Assembly (NCBI GenBank): GCA_963842085.1
Contig: CAWJET010000001.1
Span: forward strand, 2,368,001 to 2,432,000
Source of the DNA: an uncultured delta proteobacterium
GTDB taxonomy: Bacteria; Desulfobacterota; Binatia; Binatales; Binataceae
Direction: 5' to 3'
DNA length: 64,000 nucleotides
Shown: one piece after another, positions 10,871-21,714 of the stretch
Layout of the letters: each line of letters begins with the position of its first letter
Position numbering within the stretch: the stretch's first letter is position 1
Program-made: the position numbers and the translations under genes
Notes under the pieces: generated by a model
Told to the model about the DNA's origin: nothing
The model's database searches: none
What the model saw: the letters and a program-made list of their open reading frames with translations, nothing else

Positions 10871-11787
10871 TTGGCCATGAGCCGATTTCAGCTGCCGCGT
10901 TACGTGGATCTCATCATCCCGACCTTAACGGCTCTCAAAGAACTGGGAGGCTCGGCCACAATCCACGAGCTGAATGCGGCGGTTATCAGAAAGCTCGGAC
11001 TGACCGAACAAGAACTGAGCGCTGACGATATCCGAACGCAGTTGGACTTGAAGCTTACTTGGACCAGAACGATCCTCAAAAATTCGGATCTCGTAAGCAA
11101 TTCAAGCCGTGGCGTCTGGGCGATTCGCGATCCAGAACTAGATCTCCAAAGGGTTGATCCCGAAGCAGTCTGGCGCCACCACAGAGAGCAGTATCCCTCC
11201 GTCGAACCCCGGCCCCATGAAGCACCGGCTGCCCGGGCTGGTGTGACTGAAGAGGTGGCCAGTGTTACGAGAGTAGCCGAGCGTGGACCCTCGACAGACG
11301 AGGATGCTACCGAAGCACCCCAAGATTCGGGGTACGAGCTTGCAGTCCTCCAGAGGTTGCTGGCCTTATCCCCACCTGGATTTGAGCGTTTTTGCCAGCG
11401 CTTACTTCGCGAATCCGGTTCGAACAGGTGGTTGTAACCGGCCGGTCTCACGACGGCGGAATAGATGGGGCCGGGATCCTACGGATTAATCCTCTCGTAA
11501 GCATTAAGGTGCTCTTTCAGTGTAAGCGTTACTCTGGCTCTGTCGGTGTCCGCGAGATTCGTGATTTTCGCGGCTCCGTGCACGGAAGGGCGGACAAAGG
11601 AATCATAATTACAACCGGCTCGTTCACCGACGAGGCTAAGAAGGAGGCTGTCCGAGACGGCGCTCTCGCCATCGACTTGGTGGATCGCGAAAAGCTAATT
11701 GAATTATTGGAGAACCTCGAGCTCGGGCTCACACGGCGTGAGACCTATCAAATCGACGCCGCGCTGTTCAGGGAATTCGAACCCTAG
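10871..11787 (+). pseudogene. mrr: Mrr-type (type IV) restriction endonuclease, frameshifted
   Basis: Mrr N-terminal domain (ALKELGGSA...RGVW) in one frame; catalytic domain (DGGID, QCKRY, GIIITTG) in another; break at LLRESG|FEQV ~11416-11422; lower GC than flanks. Confidence 0.85.
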
Positions 11788-12273
11788 TTGTCGAACTGGC
11801 TGCGCTATAACGGTCACGTGCTTCCAATCGATCCGCTATGCCCCGGTCCGGGTCGTCTTTGGCAGTGAAGGCGAATAGTCGCAAGGCCGACTCTCAGCTT
11901 GCGAATCCTAGACTCGACGCGCATCCTCGCCCGCGCAGATCCTGCACGAAGCGACGCAATAAGTCAGCGCCGCTCAACTGCTTCGCACCATACCATTTCG
12001 ACAGCGCCTCGTCGCTGCTTGCTTCGTCGGGATGATAGACAGGCGATCGCTATGCTTCGTCACGATGGACAGACGAGCCCTCGCGTTGTTTACTTCGGTC
12101 GGGATGAAAAGTAGTGCGCAGTGGGGATGCGCACAAAAACTCTCAGGCTCTAAGGTATCACTATCGCGCAAACGACTATTGGCCGCGATACGTAACATAT
12201 ACTAAGTAGTGATTCGCTGAAGTGCATTGGCTTGCGACACGATTGACTTGACCATCATGCGGGAGCGGCACCG

Positions 12274-13953
12274 ATGAACAGAATCAAGGGTCTGCTGGCG
12301 GCGGCAACGGCTACGGTTCTCCTGATGCTGGCCACGCCCGCGTTCGCACAGTACAAGCCGTGGCCGACACCGCTGCCGGAAGCGCCCAAGTGGGGTGACT
12401 ACGACAGCGGCCATACCTGGCGTGATGCCGCGTGGTGGTGGCAATCGCAGCCCGACTGGGTCAAGCACCATCACCCTGAATGGTGGGGAGATTTCGACAA
12501 CGATCACTTATGGCACCCCGCCTGGTGGTGGTGGGATTCGCAGCCGGCATGGGTACGGGAACATCACCCGGAATGGTGGGGCGCGTTTTACCAGGGCCAG
12601 TGGTATCCGGCGACGTGGTGGGCTCAATACCAGCCGGAATGGGTGCAACAGTATCATCCTGAATGGTGGGGCGCTCCCGACAACGGCTTTTGGTATCCCG
12701 CGGGATGGTGGTGGAGGCTCCAGCCCGCTTGGGTGTTGCAGAATCACCCCGAATGGTGGGGCGACGATTGGGACGGCTTGTGGTATCCCGCTCCGTGGTG
12801 GTGGCAATTACAGCCCCAATGGGTAATCGCGCATCATCCGGATTGGTGGGGGGATTACTACGAGGGCGTCTGGTACGCGGCGCCGTGGTGGTACCAGTAT
12901 CATCCCGAATGGGTTCCGCTGCATCATCCGGACTGGTGGGGTGAGTTCGACGATCACCATTATTGGCGCCCGGCGGGATGGTGGTGGCAGTATCACTCCG
13001 ACTGGTGCCGCCAGAATCATCCCGATTGGTGGGGCGACTTCGACGACCAGCACATCTGGCGGCCTGCGGGCTGGTGGTGGCAGAACAATCCCAACTGGGT
13101 GCGCGAAAATCATCCCGACTGGCGGGGTGCCTTCGACGACAACAAAATCTGGCGTCCTGCAAGCTACTGGTGGCAAACGAAGCCGGACTGGACGCGCGAG
13201 AATCATCCCAACTGGTGGGGTGACTTCGACGACAAACACATCTGGCATACCGACACCTGGTGGCATCTGCATGACGCCACGTGGGCGGAACAGCACCATC
13301 CCGAATGGAAGGGCGACTACGACGACAAGCACGTCTGGCACGACCTCCATTGGTGGGCGCAGAAAGACTCTGCCGTGGCAATGCAGCGTCATCCCGATTG
13401 GAACGACGCGATGCACGAGTCGGTAGCGCGCCAGCATGGCGTGCAAGAGGAAGCTCTCCAGCGTCAGCACGATGTGCAGCTACAGGATCTCGAGCGCAAT
13501 CGCGCCGAGCAGCAGCAGGAGGCCGAGCGCACTCAGGCCGCGCAATTACGGCAGCTTCAGCAAAAGCATGACGCGGAGACGCAGGCCTTTGAGCGTCAGC
13601 ATCTGCAGGAAGTGCAGCAGCGCGTGAAGGCCGCTCCTCAAGCCGAGGAGAATGGTGCTCAGTGGCGCCAAGTCGAGGAGAGTCACACTCAGCAATCGGC
13701 GGAACTCCTGCGCCGCCATCAAGCGGAGACGCAGGCGCTGGTGCGCCAGCAGGCGGCGGAACAGCAAAAGGTCCAGCAACGGCAGTTTGCCCGCCAACAG
13801 GATCTACAGCGCCAGCACGCGCAGGAAATGCAGTCCTTTGAGAAGCAGCATGCGCAGCAGGTGCAGGCGTTCGAGCGTCCGCGCGGCGGCGGCGGAGGCG
13901 GCGGGCATGTCGAAGCACCGCACGGCGGCGGCGGTGAGAAAGGGCATCGCTAG
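12274..13953 (+). CDS. Secreted protein with 11 tandem Trp/His-rich repeats and a Gln-rich coiled-coil tail; function unknown
   Basis: Signal peptide ending AFA; GGGAG Shine-Dalgarno; repeat consensus WGD(F/Y)DxxHxWxPAxWWWxxxPxWVxxxHP(E/D)W. Confidence 0.9.
   Translation: MNRIKGLLAAATATVLLMLATPAFAQYKPWPTPLPEAPKWGDYDSGHTWRDAAWWWQSQPDWVKHHHPEWWGDFDNDHLWHPAWWWWDSQPAWVREHHPEWWGAFYQGQWYPATWWAQYQPEWVQQYHPEWWGAPDNGFWYPAGWWWRLQPAWVLQNHPEWWGDDWDGLWYPAPWWWQLQPQWVIAHHPDWWGDYYEGVWYAAPWWYQYHPEWVPLHHPDWWGEFDDHHYWRPAGWWWQYHSDWCRQNHPDWWGDFDDQHIWRPAGWWWQNNPNWVRENHPDWRGAFDDNKIWRPASYWWQTKPDWTRENHPNWWGDFDDKHIWHTDTWWHLHDATWAEQHHPEWKGDYDDKHVWHDLHWWAQKDSAVAMQRHPDWNDAMHESVARQHGVQEEALQRQHDVQLQDLERNRAEQQQEAERTQAAQLRQLQQKHDAETQAFERQHLQEVQQRVKAAPQAEENGAQWRQVEESHTQQSAELLRRHQAETQALVRQQAAEQQKVQQRQFARQQDLQRQHAQEMQSFEKQHAQQVQAFERPRGGGGGGGHVEAPHGGGGEKGHR
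12391..13401 (+). repeat. Coding tandem repeat, 11 units of 90-93 bp
   Basis: Recurring CA(T/C)CCxGAxTGGTGGGG; seven units of 31 aa and four of 30 aa. Confidence 0.92.
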
Positions 13954-14017
13954 TTAGTGTTGATCACCAATGCACGGGGGCCCGATACCGACGGTGTCAG
14001 GCGCCCGTCGCACGATG

Positions 14018-14707
14018 CTAGCGGCGCTCGAACTGTTTGGTACCGTACAGTATCGAGCGAGCCTCGTCGTCGAGCGGCGCGGGCGGCAGGTCGGCCATCA
14101 CGCCGACCCCTCGTTTGACGGCGGGACGCTCGCCGATTGCGTCGAGCCATCGCTTGAAATTCGGACGGCTCTCCAACTGCTCGGGTTCGCGGCGCGTTCC
14201 CACCACCCACGGATAGGTCGCCATGTCCGCGATCGAGTAATCGCCCGCCAGGTACGCGCTCTCGGCGAGGCGATTTTCGATTACATTGAGCAGGCGGCGC
14301 GATTCGTTGGTGTAGCGCTCGATCGCGTACGGGATCTTCTCCGGCGCGGCGCGCAAAAAATGCCCCCGCTGCCCGAACATCGGTCCAACGCCCGCCATCT
14401 GGAACATCAGCCACTGTACGACATTGTAACGCGCGCGGGTCTCCGACGGCATGAACTTGCCGGTTTTCTCGGCCAGGTAGAGCAGGATCGCGCCGGACTC
14501 GAAGAGCGAGAACGGCTTCCCGCCCGGACCGTCGCGGTCGATGATCGCGGGCATCCGGTTGTTCGGGCTGATCTTGAGGAACTCGGGCGCGAACTGCTCG
14601 CCCTTGCGGATATTTACCGGCACGATTTTGTATTCGAGCCCGGTCTCCTCGAGAAAGATCGTGATCTTGTGCCCATTCGGTGTCGGCCAATAGTAGAGGT
14701 CGATCAT
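14018..14707 (-). CDS. Glutathione S-transferase, YfcG-like
   Basis: MIDLYYWPTPNG, ISPNNRMPAI, FESGAILLYLAEK. Confidence 0.92.
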   Translation of the reverse strand: MIDLYYWPTPNGHKITIFLEETGLEYKIVPVNIRKGEQFAPEFLKISPNNRMPAIIDRDGPGGKPFSLFESGAILLYLAEKTGKFMPSETRARYNVVQWLMFQMAGVGPMFGQRGHFLRAAPEKIPYAIERYTNESRRLLNVIENRLAESAYLAGDYSIADMATYPWVVGTRREPEQLESRPNFKRWLDAIGERPAVKRGVGVMADLPPAPLDDEARSILYGTKQFERR

Positions 14708-14731
14708 TTAAGTTCTCCTTCGTGAATTCTT

Positions 14732-15565
14732 TCAATGCGGAATCCAGATCGGGGCGGCGCTGAACAGGTGGTCAACGATACCTATCTGGTAGGCGAGGAA
14801 CAGGCCAAAGCCGAAACTCAGGAGGCCTGAGCCGGTGACGAGTCCCTGATGGATCCGCGACGCACGCCGCGACGCGACCATGAACGGCGTGGCGATCGCG
14901 GTCGTGATCAGGCCCATCCCGATTATCGTGCCGACGCAGAAAATCGCGAGGTAGAGCGTCGCCCATAGCGGCTCCGGAATCGCGCTCAGCACCAGCAACG
15001 CAATCGCGGCGCTGCCCGCCAGTCCATGAACCAGTCCCACGCCGAAGGATCTCAGCAGCGGCCGCCGCGCGGCCAACGTCGGCAATCTGTCGCCCGGGAT
15101 GCGATGATCGTGATGCATCGCGTCGTCGTTCGCCTCGTGAAGGTCAACATGAACGTGGGGATGCGAATGCATGGCGTCGTCATGAGCGTGCGCGTGCGCA
15201 TGGACGATCAGGCCTTCATCCTTCGACGAACGTCCGCGCATTCGAGTTGCCGCGTTGCGCATCAAGCTTGCTGCCGCGCCGACGCCGAGCAAAATCAGCA
15301 CGACCGCGACTGCAAATTCCATCGCCAGTCCCAGCCGCGTCGGGATCGCAATTTTGAAAACTATGATCGCGGCGCCCACCAGCAGCACCGTGATCGTGTG
15401 CCCGAGTCCCCATACGATGCCGACACGGGTCGCGGCCACCAACCTACGCTCGCGGCTGAGGATGGTCGTGACGGCGATCACGTGATCGGGATCGGTTGCA
15501 TGGCGCATTCCGAGCACCAGTCCGAGGAGCGCGATCGCGAGCGGCGCGGCATTGGCAGGGATCAT
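14732..15565 (-). CDS. Ni/Co transporter (NiCoT/UreH-like)
   Basis: GMRHATDPDH, WGLGH, His-rich loop, GLVHGLAGSA. Confidence 0.9.
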   Translation of the reverse strand: MIPANAAPLAIALLGLVLGMRHATDPDHVIAVTTILSRERRLVAATRVGIVWGLGHTITVLLVGAAIIVFKIAIPTRLGLAMEFAVAVVLILLGVGAAASLMRNAATRMRGRSSKDEGLIVHAHAHAHDDAMHSHPHVHVDLHEANDDAMHHDHRIPGDRLPTLAARRPLLRSFGVGLVHGLAGSAAIALLVLSAIPEPLWATLYLAIFCVGTIIGMGLITTAIATPFMVASRRASRIHQGLVTGSGLLSFGFGLFLAYQIGIVDHLFSAAPIWIPH

Positions 15566-15653
15566 CTGGCTGCTTTAACTGGCTCCGGGGTTAGAGATGG
15601 TTTGGGCCGTCGGGGTCAGGCACTTCCCTAAGACTCCGAACGTTGAAGGTAAC

Positions 15654-16415
15654 TTACTCCGACAGTCCGGCAATATGGATTTTCGAATGATTCCGCGCTT
15701 CACCCTTGACCAGGTATGCAACCTGATCGTGATACTGGCGGAGTCGAATCACCTCATCGGGGGAATCCACACGCGAAATGAACTCATTGACCGCGCGGGC
15801 GCAACCGTTCCAGGCATAATAGTCGTCGATGATTACCACGCCACCATCGGCCACCCTGGGAAACAGATTCTCCAGGCACACGCGAGTCGAGTCGTACCAG
15901 TCGCCGTCCAGCCGCAGCACCGCTATCGGAGAGGGAAAATTGAACGAGGGCACCGTCACATTGAACCATCCCTTCACTAGGGAATACGAGGTCGCACGCG
16001 AACGCTTCATCGCGGCGCCGGCTTCCTCCTCGCTGGCGGTACAGTTCTTGCCCGATTTCTGCAGGTCAGCGTCGTTCTGCCACGCGATCGCTTGCTTGCC
16101 ATCGATCTCCCGCGCAGGGGGCAGACCCTCGAAGCTGTCGAACAGGAAATAGTGCCGATCCGGACCGAGTACATCGGCGATTCCCGCGATCATCCCGCCG
16201 CGCCATACTCCGCATTCCACCACGCAGCCCGGCGTGCGCCTGAACGTCCACACCAGCGCGAGATTGCTGATGTATCTCTTCTCCTGGATCATCGTATGGT
16301 CATGAAATTTGCGGGAAATCTCCCTGAAACCCGCGCGCAGGCGGTGCCTCTCCTGCCTTCGGGCGCTGGCAAAGGTCTTGAGCAGCAGGTCTGAAACGCT
16401 CATCTCGCGCGTCAT
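15654..16415 (-). CDS. TylF/MycF family O-methyltransferase
   Basis: VECGVWRGG, FDSFEGLP, KGWF, LRLDGDWYDST, IIDDY; start uncertain. Confidence 0.9.
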   Translation of the reverse strand: MTREMSVSDLLLKTFASARRQERHRLRAGFREISRKFHDHTMIQEKRYISNLALVWTFRRTPGCVVECGVWRGGMIAGIADVLGPDRHYFLFDSFEGLPPAREIDGKQAIAWQNDADLQKSGKNCTASEEEAGAAMKRSRATSYSLVKGWFNVTVPSFNFPSPIAVLRLDGDWYDSTRVCLENLFPRVADGGVVIIDDYYAWNGCARAVNEFISRVDSPDEVIRLRQYHDQVAYLVKGEARNHSKIHIAGLSE

Positions 16416-16602
16416 CTTAGCCCGCGCGGGGGGGGAGGTGGCAAGTTGGCGCAACTCTACTTCGAGGAACGGGAGCGCCCGCCGGATGTGGAGTAGCGTC
16501 AGAATCCCGCCGCGAACGCGACGCGGGGATAGTGGTCGCGCCGTATCATAGGCTATGCACTAAAGGGCTGCAGCAAATGTTCTCGCAAATGTGGGTCGCA
16601 GC

Positions 16603-16659
16603 CGCATTCCGAGGAGCGCGATCGCGAGCGGCGCAGCGTTAGCGGAAATCATCTGGCTG
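16603..16659 (-). pseudogene. Relic duplicate of the 5' end of the Ni transporter gene
   Basis: Matches 15504-15572 with a 12 bp deletion; translates MISANAAPLAIALLGMR versus MIPANAAPLAIALLGLVLGMR. Confidence 0.85.
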
Positions 16660-16775
16660 GTTCCTGGTGCCGATCAATTCAACTGACAGTACTCATATCC
16701 TTTTTTTCAAACGAAAGGCGCGAGCAGTGGCCATCGTCCTTGACTCAGAAAAATGGTTCGGCAACAGATCCACAA

Positions 16776-17917
16776 ATGAGCAACAATATCGAACCATTTC
16801 GCATTGCAGCGACGGACGCGCAGCTCGATGACCTGAAGCGGCGCCTGCGCGAGACGCGATGGCCCGAGCGCGAGTGCGTTGACGACTGGTCGCAAGGGCT
16901 GCCGCTCGCATACGCGCAGGAAGTCGCCGCGTATTGGCGTGACAAGTACGACTGGCGCGCGCGCGAGGCCCGCCTCAACCGGTTCGCGCAATTCAAGACG
17001 ACGATCGACGGCCTCGGGATTCATTTCGTCCACGTTCGATCGCCGCACGCCGACGCGCTTCCGCTAGTGATGACGCACGGATGGCCGGGGTCGATCGTCG
17101 AGTTTCAGAAAGTGATCGAACCGCTGACGAATCCGACTGCTCACGGCGGCGATGCGGCCGACGCGTTTCACCTCGTTTGCCCGTCACTGCCCGGCTACGG
17201 TTTCTCGGACAAACCGACACGCAACGGCTGGAACGTTCAGCGCATCGCACAGGCATGGGCGGAGCTGATGCCGCGGCTCGGCTACAAGCGGTACGCCGCG
17301 CAAGGGGGAGATTGGGGCTCGATCGTCACGACCTGCATCGGCATCCAGGATCCCGCCAACTGCGTCGGCATCCACCTGAACATGCCGATCGCGATGCCCG
17401 ATCCGGCGACGATGAACGATCTCACCGACAATGAGAAGTCGGCGATCGCGGGCATGCAGCACTACAATGATTGGGATTCGGGCTACTCGAAGCAGCAGGG
17501 CACGCGGCCGCAGACGGTGAGCTACGGCCTGACCGATTCGCCAGCCGGTCAGAGCTCGCGTGGATCCTGGAAAAGTTCTGGTCGTGGACCGACTGCGACG
17601 GCCATCCGGAGAACGTGCTGACGCGCGATGAATTGCTCGACAACGTGATGCTGTATTGGCTGCCGGCCACCGCCGCGTCGTCGGCGCGTCTGTACTGGGA
17701 AAGCTTCCGCCGCATGCTGACTGATCCGGTGACGGTGCCGGTCGGCTGTTCGATTTTCCCCAAAGAAATCTTTCGCACCTCGAAACGATGGGCTGCGAAA
17801 AGATTCTCGAAGCTCGTGTACTTCAACGAGCTAACGAAGGGCGGCCACTTCGCCGCCTTCGAGCAGCCGGAGGCATTCGTCAAGGAGGTCCGCAACTGCT
17901 TCCGGCTGATGCGATAA
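16776..17917 (+). pseudogene. Epoxide hydrolase (microsomal type), frameshifted
   Basis: THGWPGS, PSLPGYGFS, QGGDWG in the first frame; AWILEKF and GGHFAAFEQP in the second; break at GGTCAGAGCTC ~17550. Confidence 0.88.
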
Positions 17918-17932
17918 CGGACGGAACTGAAA

Positions 17933-17961
17933 TTGGTTGAGCGGGGGGAATTGGAACCGCG
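17933..17961 (-). repeat. Decayed copy of the tmRNA 3' end (att-like scar)
   Basis: TTGGTTGAGCGGGGGGAATTGGAACCGCG versus TTGGTGGAGGCGGGGGGAATTGAACCCCCG at 26434-26463, same orientation. Confidence 0.75.
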
Positions 17962-18082
17962 ATCAAGAGTCCGACCTTCAGACGTCGGAAACGCCCGATT
18001 CTCCAGCAAAATCAAGCAATTTTAGCCCGATTTCCGACGAAACTGGCTTCGTTCGGATTGCGGAATGACGGAGGTGTCGTCC

Positions 18083-19267
18083 ATGAACCCGGCTAGCTTA
18101 CACATTTTGACGATCAATGGCGGCTCGTCGAGCATTAAATTCGCGTTGTTTGAAGCTGGCGAGCCGCTACGCCGCGCGTTGGAAGGAAGTATTGACCGGA
18201 TCGGCCTGCCGGGCGCCACGTTTGCAGTAAAAGGTTCGGAGAACTTTTCGCGACTGTTGCCCGTGCCGAACCACACCGTAGCAGTGAATGTGTTGATGGA
18301 TTGGCTGGAGAAACGCAGCGGCCATGATGCATTGACCGCGGTGGGGCATCGTGTGGTGCATGGCGGGCCGAAATATTTCGAGCCGCAGCGAATCACTGCG
18401 GAGATGGTCGAGGATCTGCACGGGCTCAGTCCTTTCGATCCTGAGCATATGCCGGAGGAGATCCTGCTGACCGAGGCGTTTCATCACCGATTTCCTGACC
18501 TGCCCCAAGTCGCGTGTTTCGACACGGCTTTTCACCATGACCTCCCGCAAGTCGCCCGGTTGTTGCCGATCCCGCGCCGCTACGAAGCGCAAGGTGTGCG
18601 GCGGTACGGGTTCCACGGGTTGTCGTATACGTTTCTGATGGGAGAACTGGCCCGCCTGGCCGGATCGGAAACGGCACAAGGCCGGATCATCCTCGCACAC
18701 CTGGGCAACGGCGCGAGCTTGGCGGCCGTGCGTGACGGCAAATCCGTGGACACAAGCATGAGTTTTACCCCAACAGCCGGGGTGCCGATGAGTACCCGCT
18801 CAGGCGATCTCGATCCCGGACTGGTTTGGTATCTGGCGCACACTGAAAAAATGAGCGCGAAGGAATTCAACGAGATGGTCAATTTCCAGTCCGGGCTGCG
18901 CGGCATGTCGGGGACTAGTTCCGACATGCGTGACTTGCTCGACCGTGAAACGCAGGACGTGCGAGCGGCTGAAGCGGTCGCACTGTTTTGCTACCAGGTC
19001 AAGAAATGGATCGGCGCATTCGCGGCGGCGTTGGGCGGATTGGACACGCTGGTGTTCACCGGCGGGATCGGCGAAAACGCGCCCAAGGTCCGCACGCGGA
19101 TTTGCGATGGGCTGGGATTCCTTGGAATCGAACTCGAAGAGAAGCGAAACGCAGCGAATGAGGGCGTGATTTCTGCAGCGGCAGGCCGGGTCGCGGTCCG
19201 CGTCATTCATACGGACGAAGAACTCATAATCGCCAGGACGGTTTGCCGCGTTCTCGGCCTTGGCTGA
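18083..19267 (+). CDS. ackA: Acetate/propionate kinase
   Basis: INGGSSSIKF, GHRVVHGG, FDTAFH, YGFHGLSY, HLGNGAS, FTGGIGEN. Confidence 0.95.
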   Translation: MNPASLHILTINGGSSSIKFALFEAGEPLRRALEGSIDRIGLPGATFAVKGSENFSRLLPVPNHTVAVNVLMDWLEKRSGHDALTAVGHRVVHGGPKYFEPQRITAEMVEDLHGLSPFDPEHMPEEILLTEAFHHRFPDLPQVACFDTAFHHDLPQVARLLPIPRRYEAQGVRRYGFHGLSYTFLMGELARLAGSETAQGRIILAHLGNGASLAAVRDGKSVDTSMSFTPTAGVPMSTRSGDLDPGLVWYLAHTEKMSAKEFNEMVNFQSGLRGMSGTSSDMRDLLDRETQDVRAAEAVALFCYQVKKWIGAFAAALGGLDTLVFTGGIGENAPKVRTRICDGLGFLGIELEEKRNAANEGVISAAAGRVAVRVIHTDEELIIARTVCRVLGLG

Positions 19268-19284
19268 AAGAAGCGAATTGAACC

Positions 19285-21714
19285 ATGAATACAAACACTC
19301 TTTCCCCGGAACTGCTCCACAAGATGGATGCGTACTGGCGCGCTGCCAACTATCTGTCGGTCGGCCAGATTTATCTCTATGACAATCCGCTGCTGAAGGA
19401 GCCACTGAAACTGTCGCACGTGAAGCCGCTGGTGGTCGGACATTGGGGCACGGTGCCAGGTCAGAACTTCATATACGTGCACCTCAACCGGGTCATCAAG
19501 AAGTATGACCTGGATATGTTCTACATTGCCGGTCCGGGCCACGGTGGGGCGGCGTTGGTGGGCAACGTTTACCTCGAAGGCACCTGGAGTGAGATCTATC
19601 CGAACGTCACCCAGGACGAAGCCGGGATGAAAGAGCTGTTCAAGCAATTTTCGTTTCCCGGCGGGATCTCCAGCCACGTTGCGCCGACGACGCCGGGCTC
19701 GATTCACGAAGGCGGCGAGCTGGGGTACTCGCTCAGCCATGCTTTTGGGGCCGCGTTCGACAATCCCGATCTGATCGTCGCCTGCATCATCGGCGACGGC
19801 GAGGCGGAAACGGGCCCGCTGGCGACCGCATGGCAGTCCAACAAGTTTCTCGATCCAATTACCGACGGAGCCGTGCTGCCGATCCTGCACCTCAATGGCT
19901 ACAAGATCAGCAACCCGACCGTGCTCGCCCGCATCGAGCACGAGGAGTTAGAGCAATTTCTGCGAGGCTGCGGCTGGACGCCCTACTTTGTAGAAGGTGA
20001 TGAGCCGGAGAAGATGCATCAACTCATGGCCGCCACCATGGAAAAGGTCATCGAAGACATTCGGCAAATCCAACGCAACGCACGTGACAAAAACGACACC
20101 ACTCGGCGACGTTGGCCAATGATCGTTCTGAGATCGCCCAAGGGTTGGACAGGCCCGAAAGTTGTCGACGGCTTACAAATCGAAGGCACCTTCCGATCGC
20201 ACCAGGTGCCGCTGCTGGTGGACCCCGAGCATCCCGACCATGTCAAGCTGCTTGAAAGCTGGATGAAGAGCTACAAGGCCGAGGAGCTGTTCGACGAGCA
20301 TGGCTGTCTTATTCCGGAATTGGCCGAACTGGCGCCCAAGGGCGAGCGGCGGATGGGCGCCAATCCGCACGCCAACGGCGGCATCCTGCTGCACGATCTG
20401 CGAATGCCGGATTTCCATGACCATGCGGTGAAGGTGCCTTCGCCCGGCGCCGTCGAGGGCCAGGATACCCTGGTGCTGGGCAAGTTCCTGCGTGACGTGG
20501 CCAAGCTGAATCAGGAGCAGCGCAATTTCCGGATCTTCGGTCCCGATGAGACACTGTCGAATCTGTTGGGCGCGGTTTTTGAAGTCACCGACCGTCAGTG
20601 GGACGCCCGGGAAGTTAAGAATGACGAATTCCTCGCGCCCGCCGGACGCGTGCTGGACTCGATGCTCAGCGAGCATCAGTGCGAGGGTTGGCTCGAGGGT
20701 TACCTGCTCACCGGACGGCACGGGCTTTTCAATAGCTATGAGGCCTTCATTCGCATCGTCGACTCAATGTTCAGCCAGCACGCCAAGTGGCTTAAGGTGA
20801 CGTCGGAACTGCCCTGGCGCCGGAAGATCTCGTCTTTGAACTATCTGCTGGCCTCCCACGTCTGGCAGCAGGATCACAACGGCTTCACGCACCAGGACCC
20901 AGGTTTTCTCGACCACGTGATCAACAAGAAGGCCGATATCGTGCGCATCTATTTACCGCCGGACGCGAACTGTCTGCTGTCGGTCTTCGACCACTGCCTG
21001 CGCAGCCGGCATTACGTCAACGTGGTGGTTGCAGGCAAGCACGCCCTGCCCCAATGGCTGACGATGGATGCGGCGGTCGTGCATTGCACGGAAGGAATTG
21101 GCATCTGGCAATGGGCCAGCAACGACCAGGGCGCCGAGCCGGACGTGGTGATGGCCTGTTGCGGAGATACACCCACGCTGGAGATCCTGGCTGCCGTTTC
21201 CATCCTTCGCGAACATCTGCCTGAACTGAAAATCCGGGTGATCAACGTCGTCGATCTCATGAAGCTGCAGCCCGCCACTGAGCACCCTCACGGTCTCAAC
21301 GAGAGAGATTACGACTCGCTTTTCACCCAGGACAAGCACATCATCTTTGGCTTCCATGGATACCCATGGCTGGTCCACCGGCTGACCTACCGGCGCACCA
21401 ACCGCAACCTACATGTTCGGGGCTATAAGGAAGAGGGCACTATCACGACGGCCTTCGACATGAGGGTGCAGAACGATCTGGATCGATTCCACTTGGTTCA
21501 AGACGTGGTGGATCGCCTTCCGCATTTGGGCGCCAAGGGGAGCTATCTAAAGCAGATGATGCAGGACAAGCTCATCGAGCACAAACATTACATCGACAAG
21601 CACGGCCAGGACTTGCCGGAAATCCGGAACTGGAAATGGAAGCAGCCGAGCAGTAACAACGCCGATCCGAGATCATTCGGGATGGAATCGGGAAGGCAGC
21701 TATCTCATGAATAG
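19285..21714 (+). CDS. xfp: Phosphoketolase (XFP family)
   Basis: [51 protein letters not shown]. Confidence 0.96.
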   Translation: MNTNTLSPELLHKMDAYWRAANYLSVGQIYLYDNPLLKEPLKLSHVKPLVVGHWGTVPGQNFIYVHLNRVIKKYDLDMFYIAGPGHGGAALVGNVYLEGTWSEIYPNVTQDEAGMKELFKQFSFPGGISSHVAPTTPGSIHEGGELGYSLSHAFGAAFDNPDLIVACIIGDGEAETGPLATAWQSNKFLDPITDGAVLPILHLNGYKISNPTVLARIEHEELEQFLRGCGWTPYFVEGDEPEKMHQLMAATMEKVIEDIRQIQRNARDKNDTTRRRWPMIVLRSPKGWTGPKVVDGLQIEGTFRSHQVPLLVDPEHPDHVKLLESWMKSYKAEELFDEHGCLIPELAELAPKGERRMGANPHANGGILLHDLRMPDFHDHAVKVPSPGAVEGQDTLVLGKFLRDVAKLNQEQRNFRIFGPDETLSNLLGAVFEVTDRQWDAREVKNDEFLAPAGRVLDSMLSEHQCEGWLEGYLLTGRHGLFNSYEAFIRIVDSMFSQHAKWLKVTSELPWRRKISSLNYLLASHVWQQDHNGFTHQDPGFLDHVINKKADIVRIYLPPDANCLLSVFDHCLRSRHYVNVVVAGKHALPQWLTMDAAVVHCTEGIGIWQWASNDQGAEPDVVMACCGDTPTLEILAAVSILREHLPELKIRVINVVDLMKLQPATEHPHGLNERDYDSLFTQDKHIIFGFHGYPWLVHRLTYRRTNRNLHVRGYKEEGTITTAFDMRVQNDLDRFHLVQDVVDRLPHLGAKGSYLKQMMQDKLIEHKHYIDKHGQDLPEIRNWKWKQPSSNNADPRSFGMESGRQLSHE

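Noticed and set aside
12391-13401. Periodic DNA repeats as a CRISPR array or DGR target
   Set aside because: The units are in-frame coding repeats with synonymous divergence; there are no identical repeats with unique spacers, no cas genes and no reverse transcriptase.
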